In this document: positions 1 to 9,595 of the stretch, piece after piece
Layout: every line of letters begins with the position of its first letter
How positions within the stretch are numbered: position 1 is the first letter of the stretch
DNA from: Gemmatimonadota bacterium
Lineage (GTDB): Bacteria > Gemmatimonadota > Gemmatimonadetes > Gemmatimonadales > Gemmatimonadaceae
Direction: 5' to 3'
Assembly: GCA_040389905.1 (NCBI GenBank)
Contig: JAZJZK010000002.1
Span: 1 to 64,000, forward strand
DNA length: 64,000 nucleotides
Made by a program: the position numbers and the translations under genes
The notes under the pieces: model-generated
Told to the model about the DNA's origin: nothing
What the model saw: the letters and a program-made list of their open reading frames with translations, nothing else
Database searches by the model: none

Positions 1-49
1 GCACGGATCCGTGCGGGGGGTGTCGGGCGACCGGCATTCCTACCGCGAC
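1..49 (+). mobile_element. 3' end of a group II intron (end of domain V plus domain VI), truncated by the window edge
   Basis: GCACGGATCCGTGCGGGGGGTGTCGG-GCGA-CCGGCATTCCT-A-CCGCGAC: DVI hairpin with a GNRA tetraloop, a bulged branch A at 42 and a terminal AC, matching the typical bacterial group II intron 3' end. Confidence 0.85.
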
Positions 50-114
50 CAGAGGAGCAGAGAAACGCAGAGCGCTACTGAGGTGCAGGCCCTTCACGCT
101 CAGGTCGACAAAAC
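50..114 (+). repeat. Composite dispersed repeat (GCAGAG 9-nt-period unit plus AGGTGCAGGCCCTTC..GACAAAAC REP half); forms the 3' exon of the intron
   Basis: Aligns with 25258-25333 and partly with 47222-47287. Confidence 0.7.
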
Positions 115-215
115 ACGCGTGGTCTGTTGGGGCCGGCGCGCCGCTGCCTCAGGGCTGAATACGGATCCCCCGCCTAACGTGCGAGCGCGCCGATGTCAAC
201 AATCGGTCGATCGAC

Positions 216-251
216 AAAACGGCGTGGGACGCGATTCACGCGCCCCACGCC
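216..251 (-). terminator. Probable intrinsic terminator of the DUF1800/DUF1501 operon
   Basis: GGCGTGGGACGCG..CGCGCCCCACGCC hairpin followed by TTTT on the minus strand, just past the stop at 273. Confidence 0.55.
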
Positions 252-272
252 AACCCACCAACGCGTCGACCT

Positions 273-1550
273 CTACAGGATGCCCAGCCCGGCGGAACCC
301 TTGAAGCCTGGGAAGATCGTCTCGAGCTTGGTGGCGCCAAGGTGCTTGGACGCCACTTCAGAGAAGACGGAGCGGAAGTCGGTCGTGAGCGCGAGGTCGC
401 GGCCTTCGTACAACTGCTCTGGTTCGAGGCCTGGCCACTTCCCGTACACCTTCTTGCCCTTCACGTCTCCACCGATCACGAACAGGGCGCTGGCGTGGCC
501 GTGATCGGTGCCGCCGTTCCCGTTCTGGCGAACGGTTCGGCCGAACTCCGACATCGTCATGATCGTCACGTCGGCCATGCGGTCACCGAGATCCGATACG
601 AGCGCCGCGATCGATTTCGCAAAGTCATCGAGCCGCTGCGCGAGCTGGCCCGTGGATGCACCCTGATTGACGTGCGTATCCCAGCCGCCGACGTCCGCAA
701 ACGCGATCTCGAGGCCGACGTCCGCCTTGATGAGTTGCGCAATCTGCCGCAGCCGTGTCCCGAACTGCGACGCGGGATAGGCTGCGTTGTTCTGCGGCGA
801 ATACTTCTGGGGGTTTGCCGCCTTGAGGATCTTCACTGCCTCGAACATCTCACCGCCCGCGGCGTGGACGACATCGGCCGATCCGGTACGGTAGAGCGCC
901 TCGAGCCGGTCCGCCGCGGGCCCCGACGCGCGTACCGTGAACTCGTCGAGTGAATTCATGGCGATGGTCGGTGACGCGCCCTCGAGCATGCGAGGCGTCT
1001 GCTGCGTCATCGCCACCGCGCGGAACGGTGATGGCTTCGCGTCGTGCGAGCAGCCTGCCTCGCACGTCCCCTTCACCGCGAGATACCGATTGAGCCATCC
1101 ATCGCGCGTTCCTTTCTGATCCGGCGTCCCCGTTTCCATGTAATCCTGCGCATCGAAGTGCGAGCGCGTCGCACTCGGGCTCCCAACGGCGTGAATGGGC
1201 GCGAGGATTCCCTGATCCCACAGCGGCTTCATCGGCGCGAGCGAGGGATGCAATCCGAAGAACCCATCGAGATCGATCGCACCGGCGGGGCCGGTCGACA
1301 TCGAAGGCCGTGGAATTGCGATGTTCGGCCGCAGCTTGTAATACGCCTGCTCGCCATGCGGCACGACGACATTCAATGCGTCAGCCGCACCACGCTGAAA
1401 GAGGCAGATCAGCGTCTTCCCGCGCGATGCCTTGAGGGCCGCGCCACTCAAGAGCTCCGACCCAAATGCCGTGCGGCGAAGAAAACTCGGGCTCAGTCCC
1501 AGTGTTACGAGGGAGAGCGCACCTGATTTCATGAAAACTCTGCGATTCAT
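273..1550 (-). CDS. DUF1501 domain protein, Tat-exported
   Basis: MNRRVFMK Tat-like signal; RSHFDAQD, GGWDTH, SEFGR and GTDHG motifs; follows the DUF1800 gene. Confidence 0.9.
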   Translation of the reverse strand: MNRRVFMKSGALSLVTLGLSPSFLRRTAFGSELLSGAALKASRGKTLICLFQRGAADALNVVVPHGEQAYYKLRPNIAIPRPSMSTGPAGAIDLDGFFGLHPSLAPMKPLWDQGILAPIHAVGSPSATRSHFDAQDYMETGTPDQKGTRDGWLNRYLAVKGTCEAGCSHDAKPSPFRAVAMTQQTPRMLEGASPTIAMNSLDEFTVRASGPAADRLEALYRTGSADVVHAAGGEMFEAVKILKAANPQKYSPQNNAAYPASQFGTRLRQIAQLIKADVGLEIAFADVGGWDTHVNQGASTGQLAQRLDDFAKSIAALVSDLGDRMADVTIMTMSEFGRTVRQNGNGGTDHGHASALFVIGGDVKGKKVYGKWPGLEPEQLYEGRDLALTTDFRSVFSEVASKHLGATKLETIFPGFKGSAGLGIL

Positions 1551-1591
1551 ACAAGCACCTCATTGTGCATCTCTTTGAAACTGCAACTGAC

Positions 1592-1690
1592 GAACGCGGA
1601 ATGAGCGAATTGGGCGGATAACATCTGATCAAACGCTTTTGTTGATTGCCGTATCAGATCTGATCTGCTCCATCCGCTCAATCCGCGTTC
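1592..1690. repeat. Gene-less inverted repeat of the CGGAT 9-nt-period family
   Basis: GAACGCGGAATGAGCGAATTGGGCGGAT...ATCTGCTCCATCCGCTCAATCCGCGTTC; related to 39903-40066 and to the GxxExxY element ends. Confidence 0.75.
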
Positions 1691-1711
1691 ACGAAGAGCA
1701 AAGGGTTCGGC

Positions 1712-3640
1712 TCAACGACGCTGGAACTCTGGAGCACCGATCGCCAAGCCGACGACCTGCGCCAGACCATTCAACTGCACCTGCGGCCCGGCACCGATGC
1801 CACGACCTGCCGCCGCACGAGGCGCTCCGTCCTTGCCGGGGGGCATCTCACGATCGCGTCGCGGCGCACCCATCGTCATGGACGTCATCTCCGTGGACGC
1901 ACTATCGGGCTTCACCGTCGTCGCGAGCTTCGCCGCAAGCGGATTCTCGCCACTCAGGAGAATCTGCCGCGTGTCCGGTGACGACTGCCCCCCGAAGAAC
2001 GCCAGCACGACACCATCCACCTGCTGTTCGCGCGGCGCGGTCCGGAGCCGTTCCGCCTCGCTCCACTGCGCGATCCTCGCGCCGGGATAACGCCCCGCCG
2101 CCAGCCCAAGGCCAAAGTTGATTCGGTTGAGAATCGCGCCGCTGTTCATCCATGCCTCGCCGGTCTCGGGCCACCCGTTGGGTGCCTGATGCCCGAAGAT
2201 CGGCGCGCCCAGGAAGCCAACGAGCTGCGCGGAGCGCATCGAGGTGTCCGCCTGCGCACCGACGGCGCGAAGTGCCGATGCGACCAGCTCGAATGGGCTC
2301 TTCACCTTCACACGATACGCCGAGCGGCTGAAGAATTCCGGGCTCGTGACGATCGTGCGCACGGTTTCACGAATGTCTCCGTCGGTGCGCGTGAACGTCG
2401 CCGCGGCGCGATCGACCAGCGCAGCCGGGGGCGCATCGCTCACGAGCCGAATGGCCAACTTTCTCGCGATGAAGCGCGCGGTGTGCGGATCGCGAGCTAC
2501 GATGTCGAGCACGTCTTCGCCGTCTTCGATCCCGCGTCCAGCAGGCAACACGTGGCCGAGCACTTTTTTCTCAGCGGCATCGTGCACCCGCGGATCGAAC
2601 ACGAACTCGGCGGTGCCGCGCGGATTCATCGTCCAACCCGTCAGGGCGCGCGCTACTTCTATGATATCGGATTGCGTGTACCCACCATCGACACCGAGGG
2701 TGTGCAACTCCATCAACTCGCGCGCATAGTTCTCGTTGAGCCCGCGACGCCTGCCCTGGGCCTGCTGCAGGCGCTGTTGAGCCGCTGCTCCGGCTGCGGC
2801 GGCCCGACGAGCCGCCGCCGCTCCACCGAGTCGTCCCGCTCGCATCGATGCCAACGTCGGGTGCAGCGAATCCGCAGCACTCTGCCACTGGTCCAGATAG
2901 AAGAGCATCGCGGGACTCTTCGCGACCGCGCCAAGCAGGTCACGAAACTTTCCCATGGCGCGCGGGCGAATGACGTCGCGGTCATAGGCCGGAATGAAGA
3001 AGCGCACCTGCCCCTTGCCGGCGAACACCGTAAAGTGATTCTCCCAGAAGTCCGTCATGACTTCCTGGAGCTGTCGTTCGCTCACGACGGCGCGGGCCAG
3101 CTTTGCCGACTGAACGTCGCCGAGCACGCGCTGGTTCTGTCGCACCATGTCTCGCAGCGCAGGGTCGTCGCGCAGCATTTCGGCGCGCATGTCCTTCTTG
3201 CTGCTGGTGTCGCCCTGTGCCGCCTGAAGCTTTCCGTTCTTTCGAAGGGCGACCTGACTTTCGGTATACATGGCGACGAACTCGCTTGTCGGCTTCGCCA
3301 GCAATTCATATGAAGCGACGATGCGATCTGCAGCGCCGTCGTCGACACGGTCCGGAGCGAGCTGGAGGGCGATCCACTTGTCCACACCCATCTCCCGAAC
3401 CTTCGCGACATCCCCGGGGCGCGGACCAAAACCGAGCCGATTGAGCACTTGCTGCACCTGTTGGTCGGCCGTCTGTTCGCGCGGCTCGCTCGGAGCGACG
3501 ACGATGTACGGCGCTGGCGCGCCCAGCGACTGGCTCACCCGAACAGGGGAACCGGCCATGCCGGCTTGCTGCGTTCCGGCGGAGCAGGCTGCGCTCAGGG
3601 CGGCAGTGATGACGAGCAGACGTCTACGGTGCACAGGCAT
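1712..3640 (-). CDS. DUF1800 domain protein, probable lipoprotein
   Basis: LNRLGFGPRPG, FWENHF, NENYARELMELHTLG and KSPFE motifs; signal peptide with LSAAC lipobox. Confidence 0.9.
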   Translation of the reverse strand: MPVHRRRLLVITAALSAACSAGTQQAGMAGSPVRVSQSLGAPAPYIVVAPSEPREQTADQQVQQVLNRLGFGPRPGDVAKVREMGVDKWIALQLAPDRVDDGAADRIVASYELLAKPTSEFVAMYTESQVALRKNGKLQAAQGDTSSKKDMRAEMLRDDPALRDMVRQNQRVLGDVQSAKLARAVVSERQLQEVMTDFWENHFTVFAGKGQVRFFIPAYDRDVIRPRAMGKFRDLLGAVAKSPAMLFYLDQWQSAADSLHPTLASMRAGRLGGAAAARRAAAAGAAAQQRLQQAQGRRRGLNENYARELMELHTLGVDGGYTQSDIIEVARALTGWTMNPRGTAEFVFDPRVHDAAEKKVLGHVLPAGRGIEDGEDVLDIVARDPHTARFIARKLAIRLVSDAPPAALVDRAAATFTRTDGDIRETVRTIVTSPEFFSRSAYRVKVKSPFELVASALRAVGAQADTSMRSAQLVGFLGAPIFGHQAPNGWPETGEAWMNSGAILNRINFGLGLAAGRYPGARIAQWSEAERLRTAPREQQVDGVVLAFFGGQSSPDTRQILLSGENPLAAKLATTVKPDSASTEMTSMTMGAPRRDREMPPGKDGAPRAAAGRGIGAGPQVQLNGLAQVVGLAIGAPEFQRR

Positions 3641-3782
3641 GATGCGATATCCGATGAAAGTGTCCGAACGGAAGACGCAGTCGGCGCGTGGAGGTTAATA
3701 CCGAATCGAGGAAACGGCTTGCGGAGATGGTGACCGAAGTCATACGGTATGGAGCGCGAAGATGCGCTCGCATACGACGCGC

Positions 3783-6700
3783 ATGGCGACGACGCTAACA
3801 ACTTGGCCGTTGATCAGTCCGCTCATTCCGCAAGACGATTTCGCACGCCTGCTGACGCTCGACGAGCTCGAGGTCGCCACCGGGCGACTTGCCGCCGCTG
3901 GGCGCGTCGTATTGTGCTCAGCGCTGCCTGAAGGTCTCGATCTCGTCCGAACGGAGATCGGCGACTCGCGTGCCGTGCTCCTGCTGCAGGAGCTCACGCT
4001 CTTTGTGCGACGGAACCTTCGTGGCGTCGACGCCGTGACAGTGGTGGGCGACGAGATGCTCATCTTGCTCGACACCAGCGGCGCACCAGCGGTTGCGGTG
4101 GCGGAGCGGGTGATGTCAGCGGTCCGGGGGCACATTTTTCCGTCGCGTGGTGCTGATGGGTCCCACCGACTCACGTTTTCGATGGGGCTCGCGAGTGCTC
4201 CGGAGCACGGGACGTCGTTCTCGGCGCTTGTGTCCGCGGCGCGCGGTGCGCGAGCGAAGGCGGGAAAGGACGGCTGTGCCTTCGCCTTCAGTCGCCAGCC
4301 CAACTCCCTCGATCTCAGCCGGTTTGTCGGGAGAACGGCAACTGTCGCCCAGCTCACGGGCTATCTCGACGACATGGCGAGAGGAGTCCGACGCGTGGTC
4401 GCCCTTGTCGGCGAGAGCGGCGTGGGTACGAGTTCGCTGGTGCGGACCCTCACCCCGGAAGTCCGCCTCCGCGGTGGGTCGCTGGTCGTCGGGAGCTGTC
4501 GTCAGACCCGCTTCGCGGAGCCGTACGCACTGTGGACCGAGGTGCTGCGCGCCGTGAGGCGCCTCCCGATCAAGAGCGCACGTGCCTGGCGCGAACTGCC
4601 GTCGCTCGATCCAACCCTCGAACGAGTGTCGGATGACATCCGGTGGGGGGGCAGCAAGACCAATCTGCTCGAGGAGCTCGCAGATTTCATGCGTCTCGCC
4701 GCGCAGCAACGTCCGCTCGTCCTTCTGCTGGAGAATCTCCAGTGGGCGGATTCCGCGTCGTGGGACGGCCTGGAATACCTCATCACGCAATCAGAAAGCG
4801 AGCGCATTCTGATCGCGCTGACGCTGCAGAACAACATCACGGAGGAGGCCGGAACCATCGGTGAGCCGTCGGACGGTGATGCGCTCGAACGGCAGAAGAG
4901 TGCCGAAGACGACGCGCTCGAGCGTTGGCGGCACCTCGCAACACGCCCCAGGCATTCTGAGATCCACCTGACTCACCTCACCCGCGACGAGGTGAAGCGC
5001 TGGCTCGAGGCGGCGATGCGCACCGATGAGCTGGGGCGCGATTTGCTGACCTATGTCTACCGGCACTCCGCGGGCAATCCATTGGTGCTCGTCCATCTCA
5101 TGCGTGATCTGGAGGAGTCAGGCCATATCGTGATCCATGCGGACGGCTGGCAGTGGAGCCCGGTGAACGAATTGCCGACACGCGTAGTGCTCGGCGAGTT
5201 GCTGGCTCGGCGCCTGTCCCGGCTTCCGCGTGCCGCACGGTCGGTGCTCGACGCCGCCGCAGTCCTGGGGCGCGAGTCGGAAGAGGCGCTGCTCCTCGAC
5301 TGCGCCCTCGGGACGACGGATGCCCGTGCGGGCGTGGAGCACCTTCTGGAGTGTGGTCTGCTTGTGCCCACTTACGATCGCGGCCGCGCGGCCTATGTGG
5401 TCTCGCACGATGAGATCGCCCGTGTGGCGACCGCTCGGCTGAGCGTCCCGGATCGGGTCGAACTCCACGGGCGAATTGCGCGCGCGCTGGTGACCCAGGA
5501 GCGTCCGTCGTTCGCTGAGGTGGCGGGCCACTTCGAAATCGCGAACGCGCGGCCCGACGCCTACCGATACGCCTTGATGGGCGCGCAAAAGGCGCTGACC
5601 GTTCATGAACCCGCCGCCGTTGTGGAGCTACTCGAGGTGGCGGCGCGCAATGCCCCATCGTTCGCCGAGCTCGCCGAGGTACGGGTACGGATGGCGGCGC
5701 TCGCTGAGGAAGGCGGCCGCTTCGACGAAGTCGACGCGCTCGCTGAACAGGCGCTCGAATGGTACGCTGCGCAGGGTGACGCGCCGCAGGCACTTCGGCT
5801 CAAGTGCATGCGCGTGCGTGTGCAGATCGCGCGTGGACAGGCAACGCGCGACACGCTCGAAAACCTGTTCGCACTCGAAATCGAAGCGCGCGACGCGGAT
5901 GCCGATCCAGAGCGTGCCGCAATACTCCTCCTCATCTCTCAGATGCATTGGAGGTTGGGTGACCTTCGCGCGGCTCAGCGAGTTGCCGCGGAGTGTGTCG
6001 AAATAGCGGAGCGCGGCTCGGATGTGCTGCTCATCGCCGATTCATGCAACCGACTTGCGGTGACGATTCAGCTCGAGGACGCGCCACGTGCCCGTGAGCT
6101 GTACAACCGTACGCTGGAGATCGTGACGGCGGCCGGGGATGCGGCTCGGCGAGTGCGCGCGCTCAACAACATTGGTGTGGTCGAGCAGATCCGCGCGAAC
6201 TGGGATGAAGCGCGGGAAGCGCTGAAACTCGCCATCGATCAAGCGCGAACGGCACGGCTCGTTGGCCCGTGGGGCAGGGCGGAGCTCAACCTTGGCGTTC
6301 TCGAAGGACGCCTCGGCGACTATGAAGGTGCGACCACGTCACTTATGGAAGCCCTGCGGTTGACGTCGATGGCGCAGAACGGCGAGGAACAGATGATCGC
6401 CACGTACAACCTCGCCCACAACGAGCGTGAACGCCTTCACTTTCGTGAGGCGATCGACACCTATTCATTAGTTACTGAACTCGCCGAGCGCATCGGGCAA
6501 GGGGAGGTGCTCGCCGGGGCGCTGGCCGGTCTCGGACTGTGCCAGCTCCTCACAGGTGACCATTCGGCCGCTCAGGCGTCATATAGGCGAGCGATACCGA
6601 TGATGGAGCGCCTGGTGAATTGGTTTCAGGGGCGCGAGCTCATGGAAGCCCTCACCATTCGGATGTTGCTGGCCGAGGGAAAGGTGGGGGAAGCGGCGGA

Positions 6701-6902
6701 ATCGTTCTGTCTGGCGCTGGCGGCCGCAGGTCCGAGTGATGCATACGGAGCAGCGTGGTTGACTGCCGAGGTCGGTGAGGTATTCGGCGATGATCTTCCG
6801 CGCGAGACACGGCGCGCAATGCTCGAGTACTCTCGTCATCCGGAAGTGCTCGGCAACCCAGTGATGCGTGAGAGGCTGAGTGTATTGAAACTGGACAGTT
6901 AA
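3783..6902 (+). CDS. Degenerate GGDEF-like domain + STAND/AAA ATPase + TPR repeat signalling protein
   Basis: VGDEMLILL...TFSMGLAS (GGDEF-like), FVGR, GESGVGTSSL (Walker A-like), LLLENLQWAD, GNPL and TPR-like helices; start 3762 or 3783. Confidence 0.8.
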   Translation: MATTLTTWPLISPLIPQDDFARLLTLDELEVATGRLAAAGRVVLCSALPEGLDLVRTEIGDSRAVLLLQELTLFVRRNLRGVDAVTVVGDEMLILLDTSGAPAVAVAERVMSAVRGHIFPSRGADGSHRLTFSMGLASAPEHGTSFSALVSAARGARAKAGKDGCAFAFSRQPNSLDLSRFVGRTATVAQLTGYLDDMARGVRRVVALVGESGVGTSSLVRTLTPEVRLRGGSLVVGSCRQTRFAEPYALWTEVLRAVRRLPIKSARAWRELPSLDPTLERVSDDIRWGGSKTNLLEELADFMRLAAQQRPLVLLLENLQWADSASWDGLEYLITQSESERILIALTLQNNITEEAGTIGEPSDGDALERQKSAEDDALERWRHLATRPRHSEIHLTHLTRDEVKRWLEAAMRTDELGRDLLTYVYRHSAGNPLVLVHLMRDLEESGHIVIHADGWQWSPVNELPTRVVLGELLARRLSRLPRAARSVLDAAAVLGRESEEALLLDCALGTTDARAGVEHLLECGLLVPTYDRGRAAYVVSHDEIARVATARLSVPDRVELHGRIARALVTQERPSFAEVAGHFEIANARPDAYRYALMGAQKALTVHEPAAVVELLEVAARNAPSFAELAEVRVRMAALAEEGGRFDEVDALAEQALEWYAAQGDAPQALRLKCMRVRVQIARGQATRDTLENLFALEIEARDADADPERAAILLLISQMHWRLGDLRAAQRVAAECVEIAERGSDVLLIADSCNRLAVTIQLEDAPRARELYNRTLEIVTAAGDAARRVRALNNIGVVEQIRANWDEAREALKLAIDQARTARLVGPWGRAELNLGVLEGRLGDYEGATTSLMEALRLTSMAQNGEEQMIATYNLAHNERERLHFREAIDTYSLVTELAERIGQGEVLAGALAGLGLCQLLTGDHSAAQASYRRAIPMMERLVNWFQGRELMEALTIRMLLAEGKVGEAAESFCLALAAAGPSDAYGAAWLTAEVGEVFGDDLPRETRRAMLEYSRHPEVLGNPVMRERLSVLKLDS

Positions 6903-6909
6903 TCCAGTA

Positions 6910-6938
6910 TTGACCGAACGGCAGGTCGCCTACATATT
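6910..6938 (+). promoter_or_regulatory. Possible sigma70-type promoter
   Basis: TTGACC-17 nt-CATATT upstream of the ORF at 7080. Confidence 0.35.
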
Positions 6939-7079
6939 TCTTAGCAGAAAGAAGTCGGGAGCAGAAAAGTTGCAACGGCGGGGACGCACCTGCCGAGCAT
7001 CTTACGTGTTTGTATCACGAGGAACGCGCGATTGGATCGCTGCTTCCCCGCACATTGTCGCACTGAGCGACTCGACCAT

Positions 7080-7793
7080 ATGCGCCGTACAAACTGGAAG
7101 ACCGTAAGCACGCTCGTAACGATGGGTCTGCTCGCGGGCTGCATGGATAGATCGATTTCCGGGCCGCAAGCGGGCGCCGTTGGGCCGACCGCGGTGATGA
7201 TGGTTCCGCAGGGCGCGCCAGCGCTTGGTCTGCTCGGCGGCAACAACTCTGACGACGCTTCTTCCGACTTCACGTACAACTCGTCGTGGGGCGGGGTGCT
7301 GTACGTCGGCGGTCAGCTGGTCGTGCTTCCCGATCACTCGGTCTGCGACCCGGCCAAGAGCAGTTACGGTCCAGGCACGTGGGACTCGCCGTGCACGCCA
7401 CTCAATGGCACGCTGAAGATTCACGCCGAGGTGAAGACGGCGAATGGGCGGACGTGGGTCGATTTCACGCCGGCCCTCCGCTTCGTTCCCTCGAAGAACG
7501 AGTCGGACTGGGTGATGATCTACATGTCCACCCCAAGCGCACGGAACTCGAAGGATCTCTCCAAGTTTAACATCCTCTACTCCAGCGCGATTGGTTCGCT
7601 GGGTATTGACGAGACAGTCCAGGATGCGTCGCTCCGTACGTACGTCTACAAGAGTGCCGGCATTTCGTACCGCCGCATCAAGCATTTCAGCGGCTATAAT
7701 GTCTCGGCAGGCTTCTGGGATCCCAACTGCGAGGCTGGTCCCGATGGCAACTGCATCGACGACGGCAGTGGCATCGGCGGCGGCGGACGATAG
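7080..7793 (+). CDS. Hypothetical lipoprotein
   Basis: MRRTNWK...GLLAGC lipobox; coding-like codon usage; ends in HFSGY plus a Cys/Gly-rich tail. Confidence 0.75.
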   Translation: MRRTNWKTVSTLVTMGLLAGCMDRSISGPQAGAVGPTAVMMVPQGAPALGLLGGNNSDDASSDFTYNSSWGGVLYVGGQLVVLPDHSVCDPAKSSYGPGTWDSPCTPLNGTLKIHAEVKTANGRTWVDFTPALRFVPSKNESDWVMIYMSTPSARNSKDLSKFNILYSSAIGSLGIDETVQDASLRTYVYKSAGISYRRIKHFSGYNVSAGFWDPNCEAGPDGNCIDDGSGIGGGGR

Positions 7794-7818
7794 CAACTGT
7801 CCGCGTCTGAATTTGTGG

Positions 7819-7850
7819 AACGCGCTCGCCCTCACCGGCGGGCGCGTTTT
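7819..7850 (+). terminator. Intrinsic terminator
   Basis: AACGCGCTCGCC-loop-GGCGGGCGCGTTTT after the stop at 7793. Confidence 0.65.
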
Positions 7851-7901
7851 GCATGGAGGGACCTTCTTTCCCGCGAGCACGCAATCCGCTTGCTTTGAGG
7901 C

Positions 7902-8414
7902 GTGACGCAGCCCTCGATCTCCACTGACCAGATGCAGGACCTGCGGCCGGAGCACTCGTTGCTCCCGCCGAGAGCAGTCGTCGTCGCGACGTGTCTCACG
8001 TCGAGTGCCACGCTCGGTTTGTTGTTCGGCATCGGGCGCCGCTCCGGCCGGCCGTGGCAGGCACTCAATGCGGCGGCGTTCACGCTGCTTCGTGGGCAGT
8101 CTGACGGCGTGATGGATTTCACATCCGATGTGACGCTCGCGGGGGTTGCGGTGGTTCTTGTCATGAGCGCAGTGGCGGCGGTCGTCACGGCAAGGCTCAT
8201 ATCGTCACGACGCACCTTTCACTGCGCGATGGCGGCGTCCGGAGTAGCGCTGGCTGGCTACCTCGCCCATGTCCACCTCGTCGCACGTTCGCCCGGCGGG
8301 CTCGCTGCTCTTCTCGCGGTTGGAGAGCTCCGCGCACTGTACCTGACGGCGGCTATCGCACTGTTCGTTGGTATGCGATATGCCTTTTCTTCCGCCGAAG
8401 GGTCACCGACGTAA
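7902..8414 (+). CDS. Hypothetical membrane protein
   Basis: About four hydrophobic segments; GAGG upstream. Confidence 0.6.
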   Translation: MTQPSISTDQMQDLRPEHSLLPPRAVVVATCLTSSATLGLLFGIGRRSGRPWQALNAAAFTLLRGQSDGVMDFTSDVTLAGVAVVLVMSAVAAVVTARLISSRRTFHCAMAASGVALAGYLAHVHLVARSPGGLAALLAVGELRALYLTAAIALFVGMRYAFSSAEGSPT

Positions 8415-8578
8415 GCAAGACGCCTCGAGGAGCACGTTCCAAGTTGGAACGCACACGTCACACACCCGTGACGCGTGTCGAGGAACTTTGGCGAGATGAT
8501 CGTGTTCGACCAGGTACACCCGATCACAACGGTCGGCGAAACTCCCGGTCGAAAACGCTCGTCGTGGGAGGTGCAGGG

Positions 8579-9157
8579 ATGCAGCAGCAGGACACTCTTC
8601 AGGAGGGGGGTATGGATGTCCTCGTAATGCTCGAGGAAAGCCCCGATCACTCGCCGGTGCTCGCCCACGTGAATTCCGTTCCGTCTCCGCTCGCATCTGA
8701 GCGGCCGGCGCGGGACATCGTGACACTGTACGGCGTGCCGAGTGCGGAATTGCTCGCACTCGCGTTAGCCGCAGCGGTGGAGTCCCACCGCACCGGTCAG
8801 GGGCATGACAATCTGGACGCCATTCGCCACCTCGGCGTATGGGCGGAGCGGGGCGCTGTCGGAGATGCCGCATGGCGCGATGTGTTGACGGGGCAGCTCG
8901 TCACGCATGATCTCGAGATCCCGTTGGAAATTCTCAACAGCACCGCCAGCCAGTTGCTCGGCGAGTGTGGGCAGCTGATCCGGCGTCTGGTGGCCGGACT
9001 CTCGATGCCCGATTGGCCGGAGGGCGCGCGTCGCGCAATCACGGTATCGCTGAGTCCCGTCGTGGGATTGGCGGCACCGGTGTTCGCTCCGCTCGAGTCG
9101 CTGCTGGACAGGCTGCGCGAAGCGGATGGACTCACCTTCGACTACGAGGGCGACTAA
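8579..9157 (+). CDS. Hypothetical protein
   Basis: GGAGGT RBS before ATG 8579; followed by a terminator; start uncertain. Confidence 0.6.
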   Translation: MQQQDTLQEGGMDVLVMLEESPDHSPVLAHVNSVPSPLASERPARDIVTLYGVPSAELLALALAAAVESHRTGQGHDNLDAIRHLGVWAERGAVGDAAWRDVLTGQLVTHDLEIPLEILNSTASQLLGECGQLIRRLVAGLSMPDWPEGARRAITVSLSPVVGLAAPVFAPLESLLDRLREADGLTFDYEGD

Positions 9158-9187
9158 CGGAACTCTTCTTGTCAGAGAAGTGGCTGG

Positions 9188-9225
9188 GCGGCCCGCACGG
9201 ACTTCCGTGCGGGTCGTTTTTCTTT
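9188..9225 (+). terminator. Intrinsic terminator
   Basis: GCGGCCCGCACGGA-C-TTCCGTGCGGGTCGT followed by TTTTTCTTT. Confidence 0.8.
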
Positions 9226-9317
9226 CCGGGCCTGGCACCCGGAGGCCGAGCTGGCTTGACACTGCCGATCTCCGACTCCATTCCTAAGCCACACCAACGA
9301 TCAGGTGGGGCTGACGA

Positions 9318-9578
9318 ATGCCGAGAACCAGTATGCGCCAACCGCCGCTCCGGCCGTCGGGTGGCGAGCGAGTGTTCACCGATGACCAGGGCCGCCTCTG
9401 GAGTGCCGCGCTCGAACGGCGCGATGACCCCAGTGGCGCCCTGGTCTTTCGCTGCATCAGCGACGGACGCCAATCTGTGCGCGCCCTATCGGTGGACCCG
9501 CTCGCCCTCCGCGACGCCGTGGACGACGTGCTCCGCATCTGGCTCGGGAACGCCCCACGCATCGGCCTCCTCTCCTAG
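9318..9578 (+). CDS. Small hypothetical protein upstream of EF-G2
   Basis: 86-aa ORF ending just before the RBS of the next gene; RVFTDDQGRLW motif. Confidence 0.6.
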   Translation: MPRTSMRQPPLRPSGGERVFTDDQGRLWSAALERRDDPSGALVFRCISDGRQSVRALSVDPLALRDAVDDVLRIWLGNAPRIGLLS

Positions 9579-9595
9579 CATCACGAGGTACACGC

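Noticed and set aside
11..304. 97-aa ORF at the window start
   Set aside because: Reads through intron domain VI and repeats; no protein features
9256..9284. Sigma70 promoter for the EF-G2 operon
   Set aside because: Perfect TTGACA but poor -10 (CATTCC); too weak to call
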